Shown: positions 12,579-25,175 of the stretch, piece after piece | How positions within the stretch are numbered: the first letter of the stretch is position 1 | Layout of the letters: each line of letters opens with the position of its first letter | From: Felis catus | Taxonomy: Eukaryota | NCBI RefSeq assembly: GCF_018350175.1 | Contig: NC_058368.1 | Span: forward strand, 133,426,001-133,490,000 | Direction of reading: 5' to 3' | DNA: 64,000 nucleotides | The notes under the pieces: model-generated | Told to the model about the DNA's origin: nothing | Seen by the model: only the letters and a program-made list of their open reading frames with translations | The model's database searches: none | Program-made: the position numbers and the translations under genes

Positions 12579-12656
12579 TGTTTTGTTTTTATCCCCCCCC
12601 CCCCCTTTCTAAACACTCTTGGGACTTTTATTGACTTTTATTGCCCTTTCATTTTG

Positions 12657-12872
12657 CTTTTCTTTCTTTTTTCATGTTTGTTTATTTTTGAGAGAGAGAG
12701 ACAGAGCACAAGTGGGAGAGGGACACGAAAGAGGGAGACACAGAATCCGAAGCAGGCTGCAGGCTCTGAACGGTCAGCAGAGAGCCCAGCACAGGGCTCG
12801 AACCCATGAACTGTGAGATCATGACCTGAGCCGAAGTCAGATGCTTAACTGACTGAGCCACTCAGGCGCCCC
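12657..12872 (-). mobile_element. CanSINE
   Basis: Full body; TSD TCATTTTG. Confidence 0.95.
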
Positions 12873-13599
12873 TCATTTTGTTTTTCTAACTTGAAACTTC
12901 TATTGGCTGTATGTTGAGACATAGTGGTTAATTAATTGAGCCCTAGTCTTCAATTTCAGAAAGGGAAAACACAGGCAGTCAAAAGTTGTGAGCAGAAAGA
13001 CATCTTTAGAGTCTGTCAAATCATTTCATTTTAAGCTCTTCATTTCACAGCTGTGTCATGTAAGGTACCTTAATTACAGAATCCTTTTCTTTTCCTAATT
13101 AAATATTGTAATACAGTCAAGGATCTTAATTCTTTAGGCATTTCATAATGTGTTCAAGAGCACTTAATATTTTGAACTTAGGGCACATAAAAAGTTGATT
13201 TTAAAATTAAAGGGACAGTGGTATTATATAAGAGCTGTAGCCAAGTAATGAGCTGGGCATGCTGGGTGCCTTTATTGCTCCGATCTGTTGAGAGAGAATG
13301 AAAAGAAGAAATTGGGAAAAAATCTAGGAGACTGTCGATCGTTAGCTCTAGAGTGTGCTTTTTAAAAGGAAGTATTGGATCTCTTAAGGATACTTAGTGA
13401 TAGCTTCTTTAATAATTGTGATCTTTCATTGCTGATCTATTATGTGCCTGTACTTGGGTTGTATGCTGCTTTGGGTGCTATGGATTTTCTTTTTTTGTAA
13501 ATTAAGTGATCAGTCCTAACTAAGATGTGCCTCGTTTGGAATGGTCTTCATCTCTTCGTGGAATTTGGCAGGTGCAGATCAGTCCATTAACTTGGTTCT

Positions 13600-14735
13600 T
13601 CGTGATACCTTCCTTCAAACACCTGAGTACTTACCACCTGCCAGGCTTGGATTTCTCAGCAGTAAACAAAATAAATGTAATTCCTGCTTTCATGAAGCTT
13701 GAAATCTAGAAATGGAAGACAGTTTAGTAAAATAAACACATCATAATGCCAAATGGTGATAACTGCTATGGAGAAAAATAAAGTTGCAGATGAGAAGTGA
13801 CAGAGGGAGCAACTATTCTTATTTTTTGGTCACTGCTGTGAAGTCTCCATTAGCAGGTGATATTTAAATAAATACCCAAAGGGAGTGAGGGAGTGAGTCA
13901 CATGGCTGTCAGGGGGATAGGATATTTAAGATGAAGGGAACAGAAAATGCAAAAATTCTGAAATGAGAGCATGTGTGACTTTCGATTTGTTCAAGGAACA
14001 GCAAGGAGGCCACCATGGCTACCATGTAGTGAGCATGTGACAAGGAGGTAGAAGATGAACTCAGACAGATAATGTCCAATCATTTAGGGACTTAGGTCCC
14101 ATTTTAAGAACTTTGCTTTGTATACTGGTTGAGAAGAAAGGCTGATGGGAGGTTTTGAACAAAGGAATGGCTGATACTTTTTAAGCCTTATGGCCAAGAT
14201 CATGCTCGCTACTGTGGTCATAGATTGTTGGAAGCAAGGTAGAAGCAGGAAGAGAGCAGGTGGGAAGTTATGTCAGTAACACATGTGAGAGAGGATGGTG
14301 CTGGACCAGGGTGATGGCAGAAGCCAAGGTGGCGAGTGGTGGTTGCATCCTTCGTGCCTTTGGCAGATCCAAGGATTTGCTCGTGGATTTGGATATAGGG
14401 TGTAAGGAAGAGAGGAGATAAACATGCCTCCAAAGTGTGTGGTCCAAGTGATGCAAATAGAATTGCCATTTACCAAGATGTGGAAGGTTGCTAGACGAGA
14501 AGGTAATAAAATCAAGTTTGATATTGAAGGTAGTGACTTTGAAGGCAGGCTTATGAGACAGTCAAGATGTACATACATCTTTTAGGCAGTGAGAGACAAG
14601 AATCTGAAGTTAAGAGGAGAGGTCACAGCTGGGAATACTGACTTGGGAGTTATCAGCCTGTAGGAGGCACTTAAAGATATGGGGGTGAATGATGTCATGA
14701 AGGAAGTGAGTGTAGGTAGGGGAGGGAAGGATTAG
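13600..14735 (-). mobile_element. L2 LINE 3' portion
   Basis: CTGAGTACTTACCACCTGCCAGGC...CCTGCTTTCATGAAGCTTGAAATCTAG...GGAACAGCAAGGAGGCCA...GATTTGGATATAGGGTGTAAGG are typical antisense L2 motifs. Confidence 0.85.
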
Positions 14736-14954
14736 AAGAAGCTAAGACTTTTCTAAAAACCAAGGGGGAAAATAGATGCACAGGTAGTTCAGGAAATGAA
14801 CACAAACTTTACCAGTGTGTTCAAGGAATTAAAAGAGAAGATTGAGAATTATGTTAGAAAATGAGATTATAAAAACAAATGGAAATGTTATAACCGGTTA
14901 CCAAAACAATCAAAATAAAGAACTTAATAGGTTTAATGGAAGATTAGGCTCATT

Positions 14955-15680
14955 CGAAAAGTTAACCAAACATTCTTACCATATGGTCCAGCATTTCACT
15001 CCTTGGCATTTTTATACAAAGGAGTTAAACTTAAATCCACACATATCTCTGCGCTTAGATGTTAATTGCAGCTTTATTCATTATTGCCAAAACTTGGAAG
15101 CAACCAGGATACACTTAAATAGGTGATAGGTAAATAAACTGTGATAGGTCCAGACAATGAAATATTAATCAGCATTACAAAGAAACTGGTTATTAAGTCA
15201 TGAAAAGACATGGAGGAACCTTAAATGCATATTACTAAGTGAAAGTAACCCATCTGAAATTGTTACGGGTTGTATGATTCTAAGTATATGACATCTGGAA
15301 AAGACAAAGTGATGGAAACAGTAAAAACAAAACAAGGGGTATTGTTTTGAGGGGGGGTATTAGGTGAAGCACAGAGGATTTTTAGGGTAATGAAACTACT
15401 CTGTATGATGGTATAATAATGGATACATGTCATTCTACATTAGTCCAGACCCATAGACTGTAGAATACCAAGAGTGAGCCCTGATAGAATTTGAATGACC
15501 ATGATGTGCCAGTGGAGGTTTGTCATTCGGAACAGATGTACCACTCTGATGGGGGATGTTGTTAATGGGGGAGGCTGTGCATGTGTGGTGGACAGACGCA
15601 TATGGGAGATCTCTGTATTTCCTCTCAATTTTGCTGTGAACCTAAACTCTTAGAAAAAAAAAGGCTCTTAAAAAAAATAA
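14955..15680 (+). mobile_element. L1MC-type 3' end
   Basis: GCAGCTTTATTCATTATTGCCAAAACTTGGAAGCAACC...GGAGGAACCTTAAATGCATATTACTAAGTGAAAG...TGTACCACTCTGATGGGGGATGTTG...CAATTTTGCTGTGAACCTAAA plus A-tail. Confidence 0.9.
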
Positions 15681-15685
15681 AGGTA

Positions 15686-15921
15686 GGGGCGCCTGGGTGG
15701 CGCAGTCGGTTAAGCGTCTGACCTCAGCCAGGTCACGATCTCACGGTCCGCGAGTTTGAGCCCCGCGTCGGGCTCTGGGCTGATGGCTCAGAGTCTGGAG
15801 CCTGTTTCCGATTCTGTGTCTCCCTCTCTCTCTGCCCCTCCCCCGTTCATGCTCTGTCTCTCTCTGTCCCCAAAATAAATAAACGTTGAAAAAAAAATAC
15901 TATTTAAAAAAAAAAATAAAT
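15686..15921 (+). mobile_element. Young SINEC_Fc inserted in the L1 tail
   Basis: GGGGCGCCTGGGTGGCGCAGTCGG head; TSD AAATAAAGGTA. Confidence 0.96.
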
Positions 15922-16438
15922 AAATAAAGGTAGAGCCAGCCCTATGCAAAATTTTAAAAAGTTGACTGAAGGGTAAGTCCTATGAAGGTCTTCAGACTGA
16001 AGCAGTGAAAAGAGCTGAAGAGCTCTATGAAATATGGTGGAAAGACCTAACATAGACATGAGTGGAGTTTAAAAGTAGGGAAAAGGGAAAGTAGAACAGA
16101 ACAATATTTGAAGAGATACTGACTGAGCATTTTTGAAAACAGGTAAAAGGAATGGGAGAGGAATTGGATGCAATATATATAGAACATTGTTTTGAGGAGG
16201 TTTGTTTGTTTTTTTTCTTTTTGTGGAAGAAGGTAGAGAAATTGGGTGAGGGCAAATGGGACAAACCTGACAAGCAGGTTTTTTTCCCCTGCTAGATACT
16301 GGAGCATCCTTGTATGCTGATAGGAATGTTCCAGGAAGGAGACAGTTGGTATCAGAGAGGGGAGACAGTTGCTTGTATTGTGTCCGTTAGTGGGTAACAT
16401 TGGCTGGGATCCGTGGCAAGAATAATACCAACATTTCT

Positions 16439-16659
16439 GGGGCGCCTGGGTGGCGCAGTCGGTTAAGCGTCCGACTTCAGCCAGGTCACGATCTCGCGGT
16501 CCGTGAGTTCGAGCCCCGCGTCGGGCTCTGGGCTGATGGCTCGGAGCCTGGAGCCTGTTTCCGATGCTGTGTCTCCCTGTCTCTCTGCCCCTCCCCCGTT
16601 CATGCTCTGTCTCTCTCTGTCCCAAAAATAAATAAATGTTGAAAAAAAAATTAAAAAAA
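16439..16659 (+). mobile_element. Young SINEC_Fc
   Basis: CpG-rich near-consensus body; perfect 18-bp TSD AATAATACCAACATTTCT at 16421-16438 and 16660-16677. Confidence 0.97.
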
Positions 16660-16899
16660 AATAATACCAACATTTCTGAATACCTGCCCCCAAATTTCTA
16701 TTTGGATTTAAATTACATGATTAACAAGGAAAGTAATCTATTGTTTCTGTAGCTCTGTCATTGATTTGGTCCAGTATGAAGAGCATATTGAAGCAAAATT
16801 CTTCTCACGCCTCACTCTGGTAATATACCAGACACTCACACCCCAAATCCTGTTAGGTATTGAGACACCTACCTAAGATCCTGGGCCTGATCTTTAGTG

Positions 16900-17170
16900 G
16901 CAATATTTGAACTGTAGACTTACTAGGAGAGCTGACCTGGCAAACAGACCACTGAGTCTCAAATTACATTCACATATTACTTGTAAAAAAAAAAAAAATG
17001 GGCAAGTTATTTAACCTCTTGGATCCTCTGTTTCCTCATTGGTAAATTGTGGTGGATGGTACATTAGTATCTACTCTGTAGAGTTATTAGGATTATTGAA
17101 TGAGTTAGTGCATACGCATTCCCAGAATTGCGTCTAATACGTAGGAAATACCTAATAAATGTTTCTTGCT
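16900..17170 (+). mobile_element. MIR
   Basis: GGGCAAGTTATTTAACCTCTTGGATCCTCTGTTTCCTCATTGGTAAA core. Confidence 0.85.
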
Positions 17171-17251
17171 ACCGTGTCTGGTTTTAGGAAAACCTGTGGG
17201 AAGTGGAAGAATAGTTCTCACAAAAAATACCAATGTCTGGGTTTTACCTTT

Positions 17252-17462
17252 TATTTAAAAAAATTTTAATGTTTTTTATTTATTTTTTAGGTAGCATGAG
17301 TGGGGGAGGGGCCAAGAGACAGAGGGGGACAGAGGATCTGAAGTGGGCTTTGTGCTGGCAGTGGTGAGAGCCCCATGTGGAGTTCCAGTGAACTCCCGAA
17401 CCACAAGTTCATGACCTGAGCCGAAGTTGGGCCCTCAACCGACTGAGCCACCCAGGAGCCCC
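17252..17462 (-). mobile_element. CanSINE
   Basis: TSD TGGGTTTTACCTTTTA/TGGGTTTTATCTTTTA. Confidence 0.92.
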
Positions 17463-20004
17463 TGGGTTTTATCTTTTAAAGTTCTAATTTATTTGGTCTA
17501 GGGTCACTTATTCTAATTTGTAACTGGGGTTACACTAGCCCTGGAAGTCCTTCAGCATATCCCTGCCCTCAAGAAGCTTTTATTAGGCTTAAGTTTGCCA
17601 AGACATTTACATATGTGATTTTGGTTGAACTTTTAAAAACTTGGCTCCTATTTTTATTCTGCATGACTTTGACATGTCTGTGACAGTAATTAGGCTTAGC
17701 TCCACAGACCCCCAACTGGCTAGAAAAAGTATGTATCATTCTTGTTTCCCATGTCATATCTGGTAATCTATATTCTGTCTGATTCTTTCATATGGAACTT
17801 TGTAGTCTGGGAGAAATTGCAGAAATCACACCAAATGAATTGTGTGACATGCCAAAAATAAAATGGAATATTCATTCCTGCACAGTTGCTTTTTATATGA
17901 CTTCAAATGTGCAGCCTTTGGGACAATGTTATCACGTTGACTCCATTATGGCAAGAAAAGCTAATTTAGTAGAGAAATTGGCTGGAGTGTCTCCTCTAAT
18001 AGAAATAAACACGAAACCACTTTAGTGTCTCCTCTTTTCAAGGACTGCTGTTTTTTTCATAAAATTTACAAGCCCACAGATGGATACAGAAGCCCCTATA
18101 ACTCATGTACCTGTGACTTCATCATTTTTAAGATTATTTCTCTGGGAATTAATAGTACTAAGAAATGTGGGGCCATTTTAAAATCACAACTTGCAAATGA
18201 AATTTAGTATTACATTTTTGGCATAACTAATAATAGGGCCAGATGAGTAAATAGACATTGATACTGCAGTGTGGCAAGTGGTGGGGTAAGAATAAAAGCT
18301 GGGTTGCATGGGGGAGCAGGTCAGTTCACCGGCGTCCTGCATGATGTTGAGGGTAGCACAGGGAGAGAGGCACCTTGCAGACTAACACCTGCAGGATGAG
18401 TAGAGGTAACCAGGTGCACAGGGAAGAGTGAAGTATCGGGGTGGGGGGCACCATCTTTTGGATAAAAGGGAGGAGCATATGTTAGGGGCGTGAAATAGTG
18501 TGGCCTGTGTGAAGTTTGATCATACATATTCATGCCTATCCTGTGTAACCAAGAATGGCTTCACTGTTGACTAAGAAAAATAAACTTATTTGGCTAATCT
18601 TTGTGTACAGTCTCCCTACCCGTGGTTAAGACTTACACAAAGGAATGGAATAAGGAAATGTACAGAAGTTTTCATTCATTAGTTGCTTTCCTTTCAGATG
18701 GTTTATCTTTCGTACCTAGCTAAGTAGTCCATTGAGAAATGGTGAGTTATTCTCAATATATGGCTGTGATATTACTGCCCATGTCTTTTTCTTCTGTGGG
18801 AAACATTCCTAGTTTTGTTGTTCTTTTTTCTTTTTTCTTTCCTTTTTTTTTTTTTATGAAATTCAGTCCTATTTTAGGATACATGATGATCTTTGCTTCT
18901 TACTGCATTTATGTTGGCCCTTAGGCTCTTTTCTTTCAAGATGTTATGTGGCCGGCATGAGAGCCCCCAGTACTACTGCCAGCATCAGGCGACGCAGTGA
19001 CCCTCAGCAGCCACAAATGAATGGTTTATCTCAGATTCTCATCTAGTCGTGCTCTTTGTTGATGTGGAGTTCCCACTTCACCACTTAAGACCGTCAGTGG
19101 ATTTTATTCTGTTGCTCATTTTACTGCCCAGACTGAAATCTTGGGAACATTACCTGTTTGCCTAATACTTTGTTCTGTGAAAAGGGATTGCTGCTGCTCA
19201 TAACATCTCCAAAAAATGGTGGTTGAATATGATACATTGTCAAAATGCAATTCATTATCACCTGTTTATTGTAGTTTGGAATGGTTGGGGTCACCTCCAT
19301 TGTTTACCAACACAGAGGCCAGTATTTGAAAGAGTTGCATTTTGAGGTTGGCTTTAACAGTCGATAACTTAATTTTTTCTAATCTATTGAAATTGAGATT
19401 GCTTACTTTATTGAATTGCTTCCTATTCACTATGTATTAAGGAAAATCTTGCACTTGAATTCAAATGAGGAAGGTACAATTCTGTGGGATCAGTGCATTG
19501 GCCCATGCCTTTGCACCAAATGCCAGACCATTCAGAGCATCATCAAAGTGGTCTGGTTTGAAACAATTGCATTTTGTCATGAACGCTATTTGGGGTTTCA
19601 AGGAAAGAGCTATAGTTAGAACTCTTATATTTTCAGGTTTATATTCTGTAATTAGACATCAATACCCATGGTCAGGAAGCTCACTGTCAATCATTCTGAA
19701 GTTTGAATGGATTTTATATTTTTATAGGTACTTCTTATCCTGAGAAAGTTTTCTTTCTTGTTCTTCTGGGTATTAATATCACCTGTATTTAATTACTTGC
19801 TTGGACATTGTAGTTCTCTTGACTATGGCAAGTACATGAGATGTTTGAAACCCAGTCTCCAGGCTTTCCTCACCCTTTTTAACAAGGGTTTAAAGGATGG
19901 CTTTTCTGCTTAGGTTGGTAATTTGTACCTAGTTAAGAAGGACTGGAGTGGATTGTGGGAGATGCTGAGGGCAGGAATATTAGGGGGAACGTAGCAACTT
20001 GACC

Positions 20005-20165
20005 ACGTGCCCCAGTAGGGTCTTCCAGAAGAGAATCATCTTCTGTAAATTGGAGGCAGTGATGGTACCGCCCCACAGGATGGTGGTGAAGTCTAAATGT
20101 TAATTCATATAAAAAGGCTCAGAACAGTGTCTGGAGCATAGGAAGCATGGAAATGTTAAGGGTTA
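20005..20165 (+). mobile_element. MIR fragment
   Basis: CATCTTCTGTAAATTGGAG...CAGGATGGTGGTGAAG...CAGAACAGTGTCTGGAGCATAG. Confidence 0.65.
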
Positions 20166-22448
20166 TTGGTTTGGTATAATTTTGCTTGAGAGAATTGCCA
20201 GGACATCATACTTTACGTCTCAAGAAAACTGTTCATGCTTGTAAAATAGGATTTGCTTAACATTTATAGGTAATAGAAGAAAGACATCGGGAGTAGGAGG
20301 AAACCTAGCCTTAGCCCAATTAGATCTCCAGCTACTGGTTGCTCAGCAAGAAGGTACAGCGGTTCTTAGCAGAGATCTTCTGGTAGAGAGTGGAGGATTC
20401 CAGTGGGGAAGAAATAAGAAAGCTACTCTAGACATGCTGAGGAGAAAAAGAACTGGGGAAGTGTCCAAAGCTCAAAGAATCGGAGCTTAGTGGATATAGC
20501 AAGAACACAGCATCTGCAGTGTGAGTTCCTGTGCCTAATCCTCAGTCTGGTGCCTGCCCAGGAATTCAGCTGGAGGAAAGCTGTAGAAGCAGCAGGAGAG
20601 AGCTTTCCTCCCATCCAACATCGGTCACATTTCAGGCTTAGTTCTTAGTGAAACTGGTCTCAGAGGTACATGGAGAGTTTTCTGAATTTCTAGCCATGTG
20701 TGCTCTGGGACTGGGATATTGCCTGCATACTAGCGATTGAGAAGTGTGATGTAGCTTAGTGGTAGGGAGACAGGGTCCAAATTCGTGGTGATATAAAAAG
20801 AGAAGATATCAGTAGGTCTAGTGAAGGTTACCAGTTTTCAGAGGTTCTTTGTGTCCTTGGAGACTGGCAAGGCTAAAGCATGCCAGAAGCCGTTTGGGGT
20901 GAGGTCACCATTGGGAATGTGGCTGTGGGAGGGAGCTGGTAGAGATAGAATACAAAGCGTGGCGTACTGGGGCAGGGACTTGAGATTCTCTCCCTGGATT
21001 CAGCACTGGGGGTGGGCATGATGAGCAAAGACCAGAAAAGCACAAGAGAGCCAAGGCTGCCTGGCAGGTTCTTGGGATGGCAAATCCCACGGGTGAGGAG
21101 AGTATGGACTTGGGGCTTGTGGCTGAAGAGTGAAGAGCGATTGTGCACAGTGCCCAGACTGGAGAACAGGAAATTGTTGAGAGTCTGTAGGGCCCTGTGA
21201 GCACCAAGGGGAACTGTTTCTGCAGTAAGTGAGCTAGCACAGTGGGGAGCAAGGAGGAAAGAGTTACACTGGTGACCTGTGTCAGGGGGTGCTGGCATCT
21301 GAAAGAGTGTGACATTTGAGTTGCATCTTGAATGAAGCATAGAAGTTCACCAGGAGAAAAGGAGGCAGAACTGGAGGACAAAGCTTATCTCTCAACTTGA
21401 ACTTGAATGTTTGCCCAGCTTTTCGGCAGTAGGGAAAAGCGATAAGAGATGAGCCTGAGAAGCCAGGTTACTGCTGGGACGTGCCAGGCTTTCTAATGCC
21501 TTGCTCAAGATGTGGTAGTTTACACTGCAGAATTGGGGTGATTCCCAGTGAAGGTGTGGCAATTAACCTTCTGCACTACTTGGTTAAAATTTTTGTGAGG
21601 CTAGTACAGAAGTTGACAGTTCTGTGTGCCCTGGTCTTATTCAATAGGAAGCATAAGAACAAACACTCCAAGGTCAAATATAATATAAATGGCTCTTGGA
21701 GCTACTGTTACTTTGAATTAGTCACAGCTCTATTTTTCTCCACTGGTACAAATCACCACTGCTTGGTAATGTATATGTCTAATTAAGATATTTCAATGTT
21801 TAATGTGGTGGTTGTAGTTTGTAATAATCTACCAGTCCCTAATTTTTGTCTTAATTTTCTCTTGAATGGATCGATTCTTAGAGAGCTTGTTACTAGTCGA
21901 GACTGTGGAAGCCACTTACTGATGAGATCTTATGAACATGAGCTGTGTGATCATATCTTAGATCAAATATGCTGGTTTAAAAGGAAATTTTTGCTGGAGA
22001 GATTCTCAGAAAAACTACTTTTTATTGAAGGTATATACGAAAAGACTAAGCAAGAGATTTTCTTTTCACTGAGGATTCCAGGCAGAGTATCTCCCCAGAA
22101 CTAGTGTTGTCTTCTTTATAAGGACATGCACAGAATCTGTTCCAAAGATGATGAAAGGCTCCAATGAGGGGCTTGGTTAGAGAAGGAAGCATGAATTTTT
22201 TTGCTCTTTTGTAATAAGAAAGGCGAGATAAAGCTGTTACTTGAAAATTTTGGAACAAACCAAAAACATGACTCATGTATTACAGCTTGCCTGGGCCAGT
22301 GTCCATTTACACTTGTGTCAGCATAATTATTAATAGTGCCCCCTTTTGCTCTAAAGTATACCACTTTGGGAAGAGAAATTATTTTGTCACCTGACCCATA
22401 TATAAGCCTCCTTCCCTGCTACAACTCTTAGAACATTGTATGTTGCTG

Positions 22449-22641
22449 GTTTTGTTTTTTTAAATGTCTATTTATTTTGGGAGACAGAAAGAGCAGGGGA
22501 GGGGCAGAGAGAGAATCTCAAGCAGGCTCTGTGCTGTCAGCATATAGCCCAACATGGGGCTAGATCCCATGAACCATGAGATCATGACCTGAGCCAAAAT
22601 GAAAAGTTGGACACTTAACTGACTGAACCACCCAGGCATCC
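22449..22641 (-). mobile_element. CanSINE
   Basis: TSD TGTATGTTGCTG on both sides. Confidence 0.93.
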
Positions 22642-22805
22642 ATGTATGTTGCTGCTTAATCTTTGACCAAATGTATGAGGTTTTTGTTTTCTGTTTTTAT
22701 ATGTATATATCATTACTTTAATGGTGGGCATGCCATCTCATAGTCTTTTTCACTTAATACTCTTACATTTTTCTACATCACAGTTTTGCCTTTTTTCATT
22801 GCTAT

Positions 22806-23260
22806 TGTATCAGGAATGCATTTAGCTAAAACTGAACTGATAGTGGCTTATACAATAAAGAATTTGTTGATTTCATTTAATAAGAGACTGAAAATTGATC
22901 GTCTGGGGCTGGTGTGACTGACTGCTCAGGGATGTTCTTAAGGGTGGAGACCCTGTCTCCCCATGCTGCCATCTTTGGGGTATCGTTTTTACCATCCTAT
23001 GGCACTGCAGGCATTGCCCCTGTTTTCCATTGGGAAGGGCTAAGAGCAGAAGAGGCCCTGCCAGCCAGATTTGTCCTTTTGTAGGAATTTTTCTCGAAGA
23101 CCTATCCAGTAAATTGTGCACCTGTGTTACTGGTTGGAATTGGGTCCCATGCGTACCTCTCACTGCAAGAGTTTGTGGGAAATTTTAAGTTTCTGTAATG
23201 GAGGATGACGAGGAAGATGGGACTTGCTTTTGGGTATCCTGTCTACCAAACTCTGTCATG
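22806..23260 (-). mobile_element. MLT1 (K/L-like) LTR
   Basis: TGTATCAGGAATGCATTTAGCT...TAGTGGCTTA...TTGGAATTGGGTCCCATG...CACTGCAAGAG. Confidence 0.65.
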
Positions 23261-24149
23261 GCTGTGGATGATTACTTGGCTGTAGGAGTCTGGTTGTTGT
23301 AATAATTTTTTTCCAAGAGTTAATTTCTGCCACGCCACTACAAAACCATGTAACATTCATGGCTGAGCAAGGATTAGGAGAGGTTAAATTAAACTCCTTC
23401 AAAGAGTGAGGTACAGTGGATCTTACACAATGTCCAACTTAATTTCTTAATTTAATTCTGAAAATAAAGCTGATTCACCAAGTCTTTCAAGAGCGTGTAT
23501 TTCATTAGCTTAGATTGTGTTAAGCATGACCGATTCTACTTCATGTCATTAAAAATTGGGGAAAAAGGCTGTTCGAGTTTTAAAAGCGTCTTGTAATGTC
23601 AAATATCTTGGGTTGGCAAACCAACTTTAATGCCTGGCATTTTTAGCTGAGCTGGGAACTCACCAAAGATGTACACGAACATGCTAATTCTTTTAAATCC
23701 TTGTCAAGTGCCTTGATTTTGTTTAATGTAAACGCACAGTGTCATTTAGGTAATATCTGGTGCTGCTATGATTCCAAACCATGTTTAGTCAATGTTGGAT
23801 ACAAGTGATGAAATGTAATTGACTTCCCTAGTTCCCTTTCCCATTCTCAAAGAAAAACTGTCCCTAACCACTGCCCTTAGGGATCTATAATCTTCTTTTA
23901 AAAGTTGAAAATTTTGTTGGATGATAGATCGTTCCTTTTTGTCTACTTATCCTTTTATCCCATATTCAATTTTTGTGTTCTCCCCTCTTCTGTAAGCATT
24001 CACTTTAATGTGCATTTTTTATTTGAATGAGCTATTATGAAATATTTTGAGTGTTTGTCTATATTATATATTATATTGCTAGTATTTATATTATTTTCAT
24101 TTTTAAATATTATTTATCCCCTGGATGATGGAAGAAAGTGAGAGAAAGG

Positions 24150-25030
24150 AGAAATATCTTAAAATGCATGTAAAATAAATATTTCCTCCTTTTTTTCACT
24201 CCACATTGTATTTCTAAGACCATTTCCATGTTACATACATGTACGTGGAGTCTTTGTGTCTAACTTCTCCCTGAGCTTTATCTACCCCATTTTATTCTCA
24301 TTGATGGGTAGTTGGGTTGCCTCCTGACCATGTCCGTCATTTTTCTCCTCGTTTGTATTACCCCAAGATGGCATGATGGTTTTCTTGTAGGGCTTTTTTT
24401 CATGTGCCACGGACACACTGTCATAGCTTATTTCCTGGCTCATGCTGCCTTGGGAGAGGTGCATTCATCAGGAAGGCAAGCAGTGTCATCAGAATGTGGC
24501 CTCTCCCAGACCCTGGGGTGGAAAATGGTCTTGCTCCCTTTCCTGGCCACCAGAAACAAGGCTCCAATGATCATTCCTCTTTGTGTTGCCTTATAGACCT
24601 GTGTGAGAATTTCCATGGGACTTGAACACTGGAGCAGAACTCTTGTGTCATGGGATAATTATATATGTCATCGTATTGAAAATTGTGCCTGCGTGCTCTC
24701 TCTAGTGGTCACACCACGTTCATTTCTCTCGCCAATTTTGTGAGGTCTTCCCCTCCCCTTACCTAGCTGCTCTTGGTATCTTTCAGCTTCCTGCTTATCT
24801 GCCAATGTGAGTGACGTAAAGTAGTATCTCCTGATTTTAATGACCGTTTTTGATTTCCATTCTGTTTGAGCGTGCAATCAAATGTGTGTTTCTCTTCAGT
24901 AAGCTGCTGGTTCACATCTTTTGCTCATTTTTCTACTGTACTTCTCTATCTTTTGTTGATTTGTGAAGGTTTCTTGTATATTGTAGAAAAAAATCCTTTG
25001 TCAGTTTTATGCCTTTAAAATATCTGTTAA
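24150..25030 (-). mobile_element. Old L1 (L1ME-like) fragments
   Basis: TTGATGGGTAGTTGGGTTGCCTCC, GTAGTATCTC...TTTTAAT, TTTTGCTCATTTTTCTACTG, TTCTTGTATATT antisense L1 3' motifs. Confidence 0.7.
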
Positions 25031-25099
25031 CACTTTCTCCGCTGTTAATTAACTTATTTTTTCTTGTTTTTGTAGATTGCTAGGCCAGCAACCTGGATC

Positions 25100-25101
<2 letters not shown>

Positions 25102-25153
<52 letters not shown>

Positions 25154-25175
25154 CGCGTGCACGCACATGCGTGTG
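25102..25175. repeat. (TG)22(CG)6 compound microsatellite with an alternating purine/pyrimidine tail
   Basis: Read directly from sequence. Confidence 0.97.

Noticed and set aside
16047..16673. Longest ORF (208 aa, - strand)
   Set aside because: Begins in an antisense SINEC_Fc and runs into decayed L2-like sequence; typical SINE-derived translation with no domain
20873..21381. Overlapping 155-158 aa ORFs on the - strand
   Set aside because: No recognisable domain or splice context; partly L2-like purine-rich sequence; overlapping open frames suggest composition effects
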